Assembly: GCA_022844165.1 (NCBI GenBank)
Contig: JALHMH010000003.1
Location: 160,001 to 224,000, forward strand
Source of the DNA: Lysobacterales bacterium
GTDB lineage: Bacteria; Pseudomonadota; Gammaproteobacteria; Xanthomonadales; SZUA-5
Length of the DNA: 64,000 nucleotides
Reading direction: 5' to 3'
Shown: positions 9,087-18,230 of the stretch, in pieces
How positions within the stretch are numbered: position 1 is the stretch's first letter
How the letters are laid out: every line of letters starts with the position of its first letter
The notes under the pieces: model-generated
Told to the model about the DNA's origin: nothing
The model's input: the letters and a program-made list of their open reading frames with translations, nothing else
Database searches by the model: none
Translations under genes and position numbers: made by a program

Positions 9087-10379
9087 ATGAACACTCTTTT
9101 GCTCTTCGCCGCCGCGACCTTTGCAGGTGGCGACTATCAGGTCACGACGCGAAACATCCAGTCCAGTGGCCAGGCGCGCAGCTTCGTTTTGGCCACGCCA
9201 ACTTCGGGCGCCACCGGCAAACCGCTGGTGTTTGCTCTGCATGGCGACAATGGAACCGGTGCGGGCATGCGCGCGTCTTTGCCCTTGGAGGCGGCAGCCG
9301 CTGGCGCCGCGGTGTTTGTTTATCCGAACGCAGCAAGCAACAATACTTTTGAGTATTTCTCGGCGATCGGGCGCTCTCGCGAAGTGCAGTTTGTGCGCGA
9401 TGTGGTGAACCTGTTGCAGGCCGAGATCAACATCGACCGCAATCGCGTGTTCCTGAGTGGATTTTCGGGCGGTGGCACAATGGCGAACATCCTGGGCTGC
9501 CGCATGGGTTTCCCGGAAATCCGCGGGCTCGCGGTCAACGCCGGTTCCCTCTATCCCATCGATGGCGACTTCACCTACACGGGCAATGGCGGTGTGAGCT
9601 GCGCGATGCCGGCAACCATGTTGCTCTGGGGCGAATCGGACAACACGCCCAACGTCAGTTACGCAACTGGCGTCAGCATACGCAATAACCTCACGGCGAC
9701 GCACACCTGCAGCGCGGCGACCGCCGCTTTCTCGCCAACCCCGTGCGTCACCTATAACGGCTGCCAACGCGATGTCGGCTGGTGTTCTGTCCCAGGTTTG
9801 GGGCACTCGATCTGGAACCAGGCTGCCAGCGCCTCGTGGGCGTTCTTCAATCGGCAAAGCGGCGGACTTGCGCCGGTCAATCAAGAGATCTACGTGGATT
9901 CCCTGACTAACGGCTGGGAGAACTTCTCCTGGGGCGTTGTCGACTTCGCCAACACGAGCGCACCGCATGCGGGCAACACGGCGATTCGATTTTCGGCGCA
10001 TAGTTTCCAGGGATTGTCCTTTGCCAAACCAGGCGCCGCAATCAGCGCCGCGCAGTTCCCGGAGATTCGTTTTTATATTCGTGGCAGCGCGGGCGGCGAG
10101 AACTTCAATGTGTCGCTGCAAACGGGGTCAACATTGCACACCAATGTGCCGTTGGCGCAGTTCGTCGCAGGCGGCAGTGTCGCCGCGGGTAGTTATCGTG
10201 AGGTGCGAATTCGTATCGCGCAAGCGCCCATGAACTACACAGGCAGCTTTGAGCGCATCAACATCCAAGACGCCACAGGCGCCTCGGCGGGCGCTCCGCA
10301 AGTCGTGTTCGTCGACACTGTCGCGCTGATCGCAGCCGCCGATCTCCCCGACGCCTTGTTTGCTTCAGGGTTCGAATAA
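9087..10379 (+). CDS. Secreted alpha/beta hydrolase (PHB depolymerase/CE1 esterase-like) with a putative CBM-like domain and C-terminal DALFASGFE
   Basis: PLVFALHG, IDRNRVFLSGFSGGG (GxSxG), W-G-E-S-D, GLGHSIW. A beta-rich C-terminal domain begins IYVDSLTNGWENFSW. Confidence 0.8.
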   Translation: MNTLLLFAAATFAGGDYQVTTRNIQSSGQARSFVLATPTSGATGKPLVFALHGDNGTGAGMRASLPLEAAAAGAAVFVYPNAASNNTFEYFSAIGRSREVQFVRDVVNLLQAEINIDRNRVFLSGFSGGGTMANILGCRMGFPEIRGLAVNAGSLYPIDGDFTYTGNGGVSCAMPATMLLWGESDNTPNVSYATGVSIRNNLTATHTCSAATAAFSPTPCVTYNGCQRDVGWCSVPGLGHSIWNQAASASWAFFNRQSGGLAPVNQEIYVDSLTNGWENFSWGVVDFANTSAPHAGNTAIRFSAHSFQGLSFAKPGAAISAAQFPEIRFYIRGSAGGENFNVSLQTGSTLHTNVPLAQFVAGGSVAAGSYREVRIRIAQAPMNYTGSFERINIQDATGASAGAPQVVFVDTVALIAAADLPDALFASGFE

Positions 10380-10409
10380 ACCCAAGCGCATTCGTCCCGA
10401 TCACATCCT

Positions 10410-11027
10410 TCAACGAACATCGCCGCACAACTTACGCTGGAGGTCTTCTTCGAAACGCGCGTGTTGCCGCATGCAGGCGTCCAGATCGCTGGCGTGGTGC
10501 GCCCGTTCCCAGCCCTCGCTGAGTAAGTCCAGTGGCGCGTCGTAGTCGTGAGCGGCTGTTGGCAAACCGCGTTGCAGCATGCTCAGAAAACGGCCTGCTG
10601 CCTCAAGCCTGTCGTTCTGCGTTTGCGGTTGAAACCCAGGCAATTTGCTGGGGCCGCCATCGGGCAACATGCCATCAATCGAGCGCCCGGCGAAGGCTGG
10701 TTTTTCCGTTTGCTTCGCAAGCGCTTCGTCGTTTGCAGCCACGCGTGCCTGATCCGCCAGCCGCAGCGGCGATAGCGGCGCTACTTCCGAGAGCGATGCT
10801 TGTGGCCGATCGGGCTCGCGGCGAACGATCGGCGCCAATCGGTCCCGGTTGTCGCCGGCTTGCCCGGCGGAACTGACTTGCGCAACGGGCGGCGGCGCAG
10901 GGGGTGAGGGGTCGGAGAGTTCGACGTCCAACTCCATCCGTGGCTGCGAAGTCAGCTCTGGCTCGACGCGCGTATAGCGGGTCAATACGTAGAGCAGCAG
11001 CGCATGCGCAACCAATACGGCAGACAT
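10410..11027 (-). CDS. Hypothetical single-TM, proline-rich protein (start uncertain; ORF open to 11219)
   Basis: TM segment with HALLLYVL followed by a Pro-rich linker, as in TonB-like N-termini. No recognisable C-terminal domain. Confidence 0.5.
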   Translation of the reverse strand: MSAVLVAHALLLYVLTRYTRVEPELTSQPRMELDVELSDPSPPAPPPVAQVSSAGQAGDNRDRLAPIVRREPDRPQASLSEVAPLSPLRLADQARVAANDEALAKQTEKPAFAGRSIDGMLPDGGPSKLPGFQPQTQNDRLEAAGRFLSMLQRGLPTAAHDYDAPLDLLSEGWERAHHASDLDACMRQHARFEEDLQRKLCGDVR

Positions 11028-11281
11028 CACAACGATTCGAACACCGCTTTGTGCGAAGTGTCTTTGACTCACGGCGGTACCGGAAAAAACGATGGGGCGA
11101 GCATGCAGATCCGGCGCAGCGTTGTGATTCGCCACAACTGAACTGACGAGATTCGCAGCGCGGCATTCAGCACGGGCTAGCAAAGAACGCCAAGACCGCC
11201 TGCTGGCCTGCTGCTGCACGGAGCCACACGAGCGGCGGGCGTCGGCGTATCCTGCGGGTCATCGCCGATCGCATCTCGAAC

Positions 11282-12643
11282 ATGGCCGCTGCGCATATCC
11301 TGGTTGTTGATGACGAGCCCGATATTCGCTCGTTAGTGAAGGAGATCCTGATCGACGAGGGCTATCTTGTCGATACCGCCGAACATGCGGCGGCGGCGCG
11401 GGCGGCGCTGCGCGCACAGCGGCCCGATCTGGTCCTGCTCGACGTCTGGATGCCCGACACCGACGGCATCAGCCTGCTGCGTGAGTGGGCGCAAAGCGGT
11501 CGCGATCCGTTGGCGGTGGTCATGATGAGCGGCCATGGCACGATCGAAACGGCGGTGGAGGCGACGCGCCTTGGCGCTTACGATTTCATCGAGAAGCCGA
11601 TTTCGCTGGCCAAGCTGTTGCTCACGGTCGAACGGGCGCTGGAAACGACGCGTCTCAAACAAGAGAACGAAGGGCTTCGGCGGCGCATTCCCGATGCGAT
11701 CGAACCGATCGGTTCCTCGCGCGCGTTGATCGATTTGAAAGCGCAGTTGGAGCGTGCGGCCAACGTGGATGCCAGCGTGTTGCTCGAGGGTGAGCCTGGC
11801 ACCGGCAAACAACTGCTGGCGCGTTATCTGCACGAACGATCGTCGCGCCGCAGTGGTCCGTTCGTTGTCGTTTCCGGAGCGGCTTTAATGAAGCCTGACG
11901 CGGCCCGCGATCTGTTCGGCAGCGAGGAAAACGGCGAGGCGCGGTACGGGTTGCTGGAGCAGGCGCAGGGCGGCACTTTGTATCTCGATGAAATCGGTGG
12001 CCTGAGTGCAACCTTACAGTCGCGACTGGCGGCGGCACTGCATGCACGACAATTCGCGCGTGTGGATGGTCACACGGCGGTGAAGCTCGAAGCGCGCATT
12101 GTCGCGGGGACTGCAAAGAGCCTGAGCCAGGAGGTTGCGGAAGGACGATTCGACGAAGCATTGATGTACGAGTTGCGTGTTTTGCCCCTGCGCGTCCCAT
12201 CGCTACGCGAACGTCCGGAGGACATACCCGATTTGCTGCGGTGGTTTGCCGAAACCTACGCGGATCGCGATCAGTTGCCGTACCGCCGTTTCACAGTGGC
12301 CGCGCAGAATCGGTTGCGCCAATATGCCTGGCCCGGCAACGTGCGTGAGCTATCGAACCTCGTCCAGCGCCTTTTGATTTTAGGGCAGGGCGACGAGGCC
12401 GATCTGTCCGAAATCGAAGCTGCGCTCGGGCCGCCGCGCAGCATTAAGAACGATGCGCCAGCGCTCGATCTGGGTTTGCCGCTGCGCGAAGCGCGCGAAC
12501 AATTCGAGCGCGAGTATCTGATGCATCAGTTGAAAATGGCCGGCGGCAGCGTTGGCAAACTGGCCAAAGCCGTGGGCCTCGAACGTACGCACTTGTATCG
12601 CAAGCTGCGGTCACTGGGTGTGGAATTGAAAGATGGCGATTGA
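11282..12643 (+). CDS. NtrC-family response regulator, NtrX-like (REC-AAA+-HTH)
   Basis: VVDDE, LLDVWMP, GEPGTGK, LYLDEIG, WPGNVREL, GLERTHLYRKL. The GAFTGA loop is missing, and the gene lies next to trkA as ntrX often does. Confidence 0.85.
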   Translation: MAAAHILVVDDEPDIRSLVKEILIDEGYLVDTAEHAAAARAALRAQRPDLVLLDVWMPDTDGISLLREWAQSGRDPLAVVMMSGHGTIETAVEATRLGAYDFIEKPISLAKLLLTVERALETTRLKQENEGLRRRIPDAIEPIGSSRALIDLKAQLERAANVDASVLLEGEPGTGKQLLARYLHERSSRRSGPFVVVSGAALMKPDAARDLFGSEENGEARYGLLEQAQGGTLYLDEIGGLSATLQSRLAAALHARQFARVDGHTAVKLEARIVAGTAKSLSQEVAEGRFDEALMYELRVLPLRVPSLRERPEDIPDLLRWFAETYADRDQLPYRRFTVAAQNRLRQYAWPGNVRELSNLVQRLLILGQGDEADLSEIEAALGPPRSIKNDAPALDLGLPLREAREQFEREYLMHQLKMAGGSVGKLAKAVGLERTHLYRKLRSLGVELKDGD

Positions 12644-12767
12644 GAAGCGCTTCGCGGGGAACGGCGGCCCGCCGTCCTGGGCACGGGTACGCAGTGCGCT
12701 GTGCACCGCCCGTTTCTTCCACGGTGACGTAATCGATTCAGCACCCTCCGCCAGGTCCGCCAGATGA
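12633..12767 (+). CDS. Putative 44-aa bridge mini-ORF between the regulator and trkA
   Basis: ATG 12633 lies within the last 11 nt of the upstream gene. TGA 12765-12767 overlaps the trkA ATG (ATGA). Contains degenerate GGGCACGG. Confidence 0.35.
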   Translation: MAIEKRFAGNGGPPSWARVRSALCTARFFHGDVIDSAPSARSAR

Positions 12768-14137
12768 ACATCTTGATCCTTGGCGCCGGCCAGGTCGGCA
12801 CATCAGTCGCCGCCGCGTTGGCGCGCGAGTCCAACGACATCACGGTGGTCGATACCGACGCGGAGCGGCTGCGGGATCTGGCCGAAAAACTCGACTTGCG
12901 CGTCGTCCAGGGTTTCGCTGCGCACCCCAGCGTGCTGGCACGCGCTGGTGCGGATGATGCCGATGCGATCATTGCTGTGACCTCGTCGGATGAGGTCAAC
13001 ATGATTGCCTGCGAAGTTGCGGCCACGTTGTACAAGACGCCGATGAAAATCGCCCGGGTGCGTGCGCTCGAATATCTCAAGCATCCTGAGTTGTTCGCGC
13101 GTGGGCATGTGTCGATCGACCATTTGATCAGCCCTAGTCAGCGTGTCTGCGATTACATCGAACGCCTGATTCAATACCCTGGCGCGTTGCAAGTGCTCGA
13201 TTTCGCCGACGGCCGCGCGCAACTGATCGCGCTGCGCGCCGATCAGGCCGGAGCGCTCGTCGGCCATCAAATCCGCGATCTGGCGATGCATTTGCCGGCC
13301 GGCAGCGCGGTGCGCATTGCGGCGATCTTTCGCGACAAACGTTCGGTACCGGTCGACGGCGACACGGTGATCGAACGCGGCGATGAGGTGTTCTTTCTCG
13401 CCGATCGCAAGAACATCCGCGCGATGATGGCGGAACTCACGCGTATCGAACGGCCGGCAAAACGCGTGATGATCGCCGGCGGCGGCAATATTGGCCTGGA
13501 TCTCGCACGGCAACTCGAATCGCGTTACAACGTCAAAATCGTCGAGCGCGGCCGCGACCGGGCGCGGATCATCGCCGAGCAGTTGGAGAGCGCGATTGTG
13601 CTCACCGGCGATTGCGCCGATGAGGACTTGTTGCGCGAAGAGAACATCGATCAAACCGATGTGTTCTGTTCGCTGACCAACGACGATGAAGCGAATATCT
13701 TGTCCGCGATGCTGGCCAAGCGCCTTGGTGCGCGCCGCGTGATTTCCTTGATCAATCGGCCCGCATACGCGGAGCTGGTCGAAAGCGGCATGGTCGACAC
13801 CGCAGTCTCGCCGCAGCAAATCACGCTCGGCGCCTTGCTCTCGTATGTGCGCAAGGGCAATCTGGTGCGCGTGCACAGTCTGCGCGGCGGCGCTGCAGAA
13901 GCCTTCGAGGCAGTGGCTACCGGTTCGAGCGGGACCTCACGTCTGGTGGGAAAGAGCATCGAACAAATTCCGTTGCCGTCAGGTGCGACGATTGCCGGCA
14001 TCGTGCGCGGCGAACGCGTGCTCGCGGCGCATCACGACACCGTCATCGAAACCGATGACCACGTGATTTTGTTCCTCTCGGATAAGCGCGAGCTGCGGCG
14101 CGTCGAATTGCTGTTCCGGGCGGGAGCACTGACGTGA
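12764..14137 (+). CDS. trkA: Trk system K+ uptake NAD-binding subunit
   Basis: Two RCK domains (ILGAGQVG; IAGGGNIG), LIQYPGALQVLDFA; 457 aa. Confidence 0.95.
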   Translation: MNILILGAGQVGTSVAAALARESNDITVVDTDAERLRDLAEKLDLRVVQGFAAHPSVLARAGADDADAIIAVTSSDEVNMIACEVAATLYKTPMKIARVRALEYLKHPELFARGHVSIDHLISPSQRVCDYIERLIQYPGALQVLDFADGRAQLIALRADQAGALVGHQIRDLAMHLPAGSAVRIAAIFRDKRSVPVDGDTVIERGDEVFFLADRKNIRAMMAELTRIERPAKRVMIAGGGNIGLDLARQLESRYNVKIVERGRDRARIIAEQLESAIVLTGDCADEDLLREENIDQTDVFCSLTNDDEANILSAMLAKRLGARRVISLINRPAYAELVESGMVDTAVSPQQITLGALLSYVRKGNLVRVHSLRGGAAEAFEAVATGSSGTSRLVGKSIEQIPLPSGATIAGIVRGERVLAAHHDTVIETDDHVILFLSDKRELRRVELLFRAGALT

Positions 14138-14153
14138 GCGGGGGGATGTGGAG

Positions 14154-14311
14154 CGGGGCACGGGGCGCGGGGCACGGGGCACGGGGAGCGGGAAAGTTGT
14201 TGTCCGTTGCGAGTAGCCCTGGAGTTCAGCCCAAGAATTGCAGCGCCTGGCCCGCACCCCGTGCCCCGTGCCCCGTGCCCCGTGCCCCGTGCCGCGCACC
14301 CCCCCGTGCCC
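14154..14311. repeat. Inverted heptamer tandem arrays (GGGGCAC)n ... (GTGCCCC)n around a ~60-bp core
   Basis: Left arm CGGGGCACGGGGCGCGGGGCACGGGGCACGGGG; right arm CCCCGTGCCCCGTGCCCCGTGCCCCGTGCCCCGTG. Confidence 0.9.
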
Positions 14312-14335
14312 AGTGCCGCGCTCTCGAGGACTCCT

Positions 14336-15811
14336 ATGCCCGCTGAGCACGGCAGCAGCGTCGCGCGCTGGGCCACGGCGCTGCGCGCGATCGGAAATGT
14401 GCAACTGATCGTTGGCCTGACGCTGATTCCCTCGATACTGATTGCATGGTGGGATGGCGATAACTCGGCACTGCCGTTCATCGAGGCGGCGCTGGCGATG
14501 TTTGCTTTGGGCACGGCGCTGATCGTGTTTACCCGCGGCCGACGCGCAGAGCTGCGATTGCGCGATGGGTTCCTGGTGGTGTCGTCCGTTTGGATTATCT
14601 CGGCCTTATTGACACCCTTGCCGTTGATGCTCGGGCCGCCGCATCTGTCCTACACGGACGCGGTATTCGAAGTTGTGTCCGGGTTGACGACCACCGGCGC
14701 TACGGTCATCGTTGGTCTCGATCAATTGCCGCGCAGCGTATTGTTTTATCGCCAGTCGCTGCAGTTCCTGGGCGGCATGGGCATTGTGCTGCTGGCTGTG
14801 GCGATTTTGCCCACGCTGCGCATCGGCGGTTCGCAGTTGACCAAGGGCGAGACCAGTGGTCCCAATAAAGACGCCAAGCTGACGCCGCGCATCCAGAGCA
14901 CAGCCGCGGCGCTGTGGTTGATCTACCTCGGATTGAACGCAACCTGCGCGCTCGCGTATTGGATGGGCGGAATGCAGCCTTTCGATGCGGTGACCTATGC
15001 GTTCTCGACCGTCGCGACAGGAGGATTCGGCAACTACGATGCCAACTTCGGCCAGTTCGACTCGCCTCTCCTGGAGAGCATCGCAATGGTCTTCATCGTG
15101 CTCGGCGGCGCGAATTTCGCGTTGCATTTTATCGCCTGGCAACGGGGTTCGGTCGCCGCCTATTTTCAGGACGTTGAGTTTCGCACGTACGTTCGCTGCC
15201 TGCTGTTTTTTTCGGCCATCGTCGGCACATCGCTATACACCACCGGTACCCACGAGGATTGGGCGACGAGTATCCGGCACGGCGCTTTCCATGTGGTTTC
15301 GGTGATGACAACCACCGGCTTCACGACCACCGGATTCGCCGGTTGGCCGGGCTACCTGGCGGCCTTGATGATATTGATCGCGTTTTTCGGCGCCTGCGCC
15401 GGATCGACCGCTGGCGGGTTGAAAATTGTCCGGATCATGATGACAGCAAAACTGGCTTGGCGAGAAATCCTGCGTGTCATTCACCCGCGTGGCCAGTTTG
15501 TTGTCAAAATCGGACGGCAAGTCGTGGGCGAACCGATTCTGGCGGCGGTGGCCGGTTTCATCACGGTGTACATTGGTAGTTACGTCGTGATCGCGTTGTG
15601 TATAGCGGCCACCGGGGCCGATCTGATCACTGCGTTTTCTGTCGCCGCGGCATCAATCACGAATTTGGGGCCGGCGCTTGGCGCTGCTGCCGCGACGGTG
15701 CGGGACCTGAACGATGTTGCTGTGTGGTTGTGTTCGGCAGCAATGCTGCTCGGGCGCCTTGAGGTGTTTACCCTGTTGGTGCTGCTGACGCCGGCATTTT
15801 GGCGCGAGTGA
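14336..15811 (+). CDS. trkH: Trk system K+ uptake membrane subunit
   Basis: GAGGA RBS before ATG 14336; pore loops SGLTTTGAT, STVATGGF, MTTTGF, TNLGPA; GGMGI, GRLE. Confidence 0.93.
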   Translation: MPAEHGSSVARWATALRAIGNVQLIVGLTLIPSILIAWWDGDNSALPFIEAALAMFALGTALIVFTRGRRAELRLRDGFLVVSSVWIISALLTPLPLMLGPPHLSYTDAVFEVVSGLTTTGATVIVGLDQLPRSVLFYRQSLQFLGGMGIVLLAVAILPTLRIGGSQLTKGETSGPNKDAKLTPRIQSTAAALWLIYLGLNATCALAYWMGGMQPFDAVTYAFSTVATGGFGNYDANFGQFDSPLLESIAMVFIVLGGANFALHFIAWQRGSVAAYFQDVEFRTYVRCLLFFSAIVGTSLYTTGTHEDWATSIRHGAFHVVSVMTTTGFTTTGFAGWPGYLAALMILIAFFGACAGSTAGGLKIVRIMMTAKLAWREILRVIHPRGQFVVKIGRQVVGEPILAAVAGFITVYIGSYVVIALCIAATGADLITAFSVAAASITNLGPALGAAAATVRDLNDVAVWLCSAAMLLGRLEVFTLLVLLTPAFWRE

Positions 15812-15817
15812 GGCGGA

Positions 15818-16945
15818 CTAGCGCAGATCCGCCAGTTCCATCTCAATCAAGCCGCGATCCGGTGCATTGGGTGCCAGTTCCAGGTAACGCCGGAGCGCTT
15901 TCGCGGCGCTCGCAGAATCGCCCAGTTTGACCAGCACCAATCCCAGACCCCGCCACGAACGCGCAGGCGCGTTCGGATCACCCAGCGATGTTTCGTAGTG
16001 TCTTCTTGCCAGCGCCAAATCGCCTTCCCGTGCACGGCGGCGATACATCTCGCCAGTTGCATATTCGATCTCCGCGGGCGCAAACGGCAGTCCTCGCAAG
16101 CGCGCTAATAACACCTGCGTTTGTCCGTAATGGCGACGCCCCACTTCGTCTTCCAGCCAATCCAGGCGATGCGGCGCGATGACCGAATGGAATGCTTCCG
16201 CGCGCGTTTCGCCGCCGCGGGTGGCGGCCTTCTTCAGCCGTTCGGCGCGTTGTGCGCTCGGCGGATGTGTGGCAAAAATACCGGACGAAAGTTTCCGCTC
16301 GCGCGCCTGCTCTTCGCGCCAGATGTCGGCCCATGATTGCCCGGCGCGATGCGTGTCGTAACCTAACTCGGCGAGGCGCTTGAGGCCGTAGTCGTCTGCC
16401 GCGCGCTCCTGATCGCGCGAAAAGGCGAAGGCCGGCGCCAAGGCACCTAACCCGGCGACGGTCGCGAGCGCGGAGCCGCCGACAGCGCCGCCGACAACCT
16501 GCAGGGCAATCGACGCATTTGCCGAAGACTTCATCTGTCGCCATCGCGTCAGTGAATCGCGCGACAACAAATGGCTCATTTCGTGGCCGAGCACGAACAG
16601 CAGTTGCGCTTCGTCCTCCATGCGCAACAGCAAACCCGTGAACACCACCATGGCGCCGTTAGGCGACATCAGCGCGTTGAAGTACGGCTCGCGGATCAGA
16701 TAGATGCGCACGTCTGCGCAGCGCTGTGCGTCGATCTTGCAAAGGAGGTCGCGAAGATAGGCATCCAACACCGGGTCGCGCAGCCGCGCGGCACGTGCAG
16801 CGATGCGTTCTTCGAACGCGTCTGCCTGATGCAGCAGTCCTGCTTCATCGGCGTCAGGCGTGGCGTATAGAGCGGTGGAACTCAGGTACAGCCACAACAC
16901 CAGCAGGCGCGCAGCGCGAGCCGCGCTATTCGCGCTGTTGCTCAC
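15818..16945 (-). CDS. M48-family metalloprotease with C-terminal TPR
   Basis: FNA..PNG.MVVFTGLL, LGHEMSH (HExxH), FSRDQERAAD, ATHP; TPR-like C-terminus. Confidence 0.88.
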   Translation of the reverse strand: MSNSANSAARAARLLVLWLYLSSTALYATPDADEAGLLHQADAFEERIAARAARLRDPVLDAYLRDLLCKIDAQRCADVRIYLIREPYFNALMSPNGAMVVFTGLLLRMEDEAQLLFVLGHEMSHLLSRDSLTRWRQMKSSANASIALQVVGGAVGGSALATVAGLGALAPAFAFSRDQERAADDYGLKRLAELGYDTHRAGQSWADIWREEQARERKLSSGIFATHPPSAQRAERLKKAATRGGETRAEAFHSVIAPHRLDWLEDEVGRRHYGQTQVLLARLRGLPFAPAEIEYATGEMYRRRAREGDLALARRHYETSLGDPNAPARSWRGLGLVLVKLGDSASAAKALRRYLELAPNAPDRGLIEMELADLR

Positions 16946-17631
16946 AGCGGCGCGCCAGCGAGCAGCAACTCAATCGACTCCCGCGCTTTGTCCAACGCGC
17001 GCAGATCGCCGCGCTCGGAGGCGAGAACATTGAACCAGACGATCGCGCCGCTATCGAGATCGACCAGCGACGCAAAACCGACTTGCTGACCGAGCGATAC
17101 GCCAACGCCCACCAGTGCGAGCGCCATCATCGCCTTGCGACCATCGGTTGCATACGAATCGCGCAAGTAAACGAAGAGGCCGTAGCGGGCGCTGGCATCG
17201 AGTGCTCGGGCGCCGCTCCCGAGCGTCCAATCGAAACCGGTCTTGTGCGCTAACTTGCCGGTGCCAAGGCCATGCAGCATCACGCTGTAGCCAACCATTT
17301 CATGCAGTAGCGTGAGCTGCCGCGCACGTTCTGGATCGCCAAGTGCCTGAAAGTTGTCGATCGTCCGCGCTTTGGCGCCGCGCTGCTTCAAGGCTTGCTC
17401 AAGCGCGGTCCGGACGTGAGCTTCCGCTGCCAGCGTCCAATCGGCGCGAACCTCCTGCAGCCCGGAAGCGAGCAAAGACGACAGTTCGACATCCGGCGGC
17501 AGAATCACAATCTCTGCACCGCGGCCCAGCTGGGCGTCTTCCGCCACGCCGCTGGCGCGCTCGTTGCGCGTCACCGCACAGGCGTTCAACAGCAGAGCGA
17601 TCAACAAAAGGCGACAACGGATCCTGGTCAT
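16942..17631 (-). CDS. Hypothetical lipoprotein
   Basis: Lipobox LLNAC; C-terminal ASLVDLDSGAIVWFN; start/stop overlaps with both neighbours. Confidence 0.7.
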   Translation of the reverse strand: MTRIRCRLLLIALLLNACAVTRNERASGVAEDAQLGRGAEIVILPPDVELSSLLASGLQEVRADWTLAAEAHVRTALEQALKQRGAKARTIDNFQALGDPERARQLTLLHEMVGYSVMLHGLGTGKLAHKTGFDWTLGSGARALDASARYGLFVYLRDSYATDGRKAMMALALVGVGVSLGQQVGFASLVDLDSGAIVWFNVLASERGDLRALDKARESIELLLAGAPL

Positions 17632-18230
17632 GCTCGGTGACGCTCACGAAGTACACCGATCACATCATCCAGCGACAGGCCGCGTGCCTGCAACAGCACC
17701 AGTAGATGAAACAGAAGATCGGCGGATTCACCGAGCAGTTCCCGGTCCGACTGGGCGACGCCAGCGAGTGCGGTTTCGACCCCTTCTTCGCCGACCTTTT
17801 GCGCGATTTTATGCAGGCCACGTTCGAACAGTTTGGTGGTGTACGAGCCTTCTGGGCGCTGCTTGTCGCGTTCGGCCACCAGGCGCATCAGCGCGCCGAG
17901 AAACGCCAGTGGCGGACCGGGAAAGTCGCCGAAACACGTCGTCGTCCCGGTATGGCAGGTGGGCCCGTGTGGACGCGCATGGATTAGAATGGTGTCACCG
18001 TCGCAGTCCAGGTAAGCGTCGATCAACTCCAATACATTGCCGCTGGTTTCGCCCTTCGTCCAAAGCCGTTTCTTGCTGCGCGAGTAGAAGGTCACCTGCC
18101 TGGATTCGAGCGTCGCCGCGAGCGCCGCAGCGTTCATGTAGCCGAGCATCAACACTTGCGCGGTGCTGATGTCCTGCACCACCGCTGGCACCAGACCTTT
18201 ACTGAAATCGACTTGCTGAAGCTCAAGCAT
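17628..18230 (-). CDS. hisIE: Bifunctional phosphoribosyl-AMP cyclohydrolase/phosphoribosyl-ATP pyrophosphatase
   Basis: [42 protein letters not shown]. Confidence 0.95.
   Translation of the reverse strand: MLELQQVDFSKGLVPAVVQDISTAQVLMLGYMNAAALAATLESRQVTFYSRSKKRLWTKGETSGNVLELIDAYLDCDGDTILIHARPHGPTCHTGTTTCFGDFPGPPLAFLGALMRLVAERDKQRPEGSYTTKLFERGLHKIAQKVGEEGVETALAGVAQSDRELLGESADLLFHLLVLLQARGLSLDDVIGVLRERHRA

Noticed and set aside
14154-14311. Possible CRISPR array
   Set aside because: These are 7-nt tandem units without unique spacers, and no cas genes are present.
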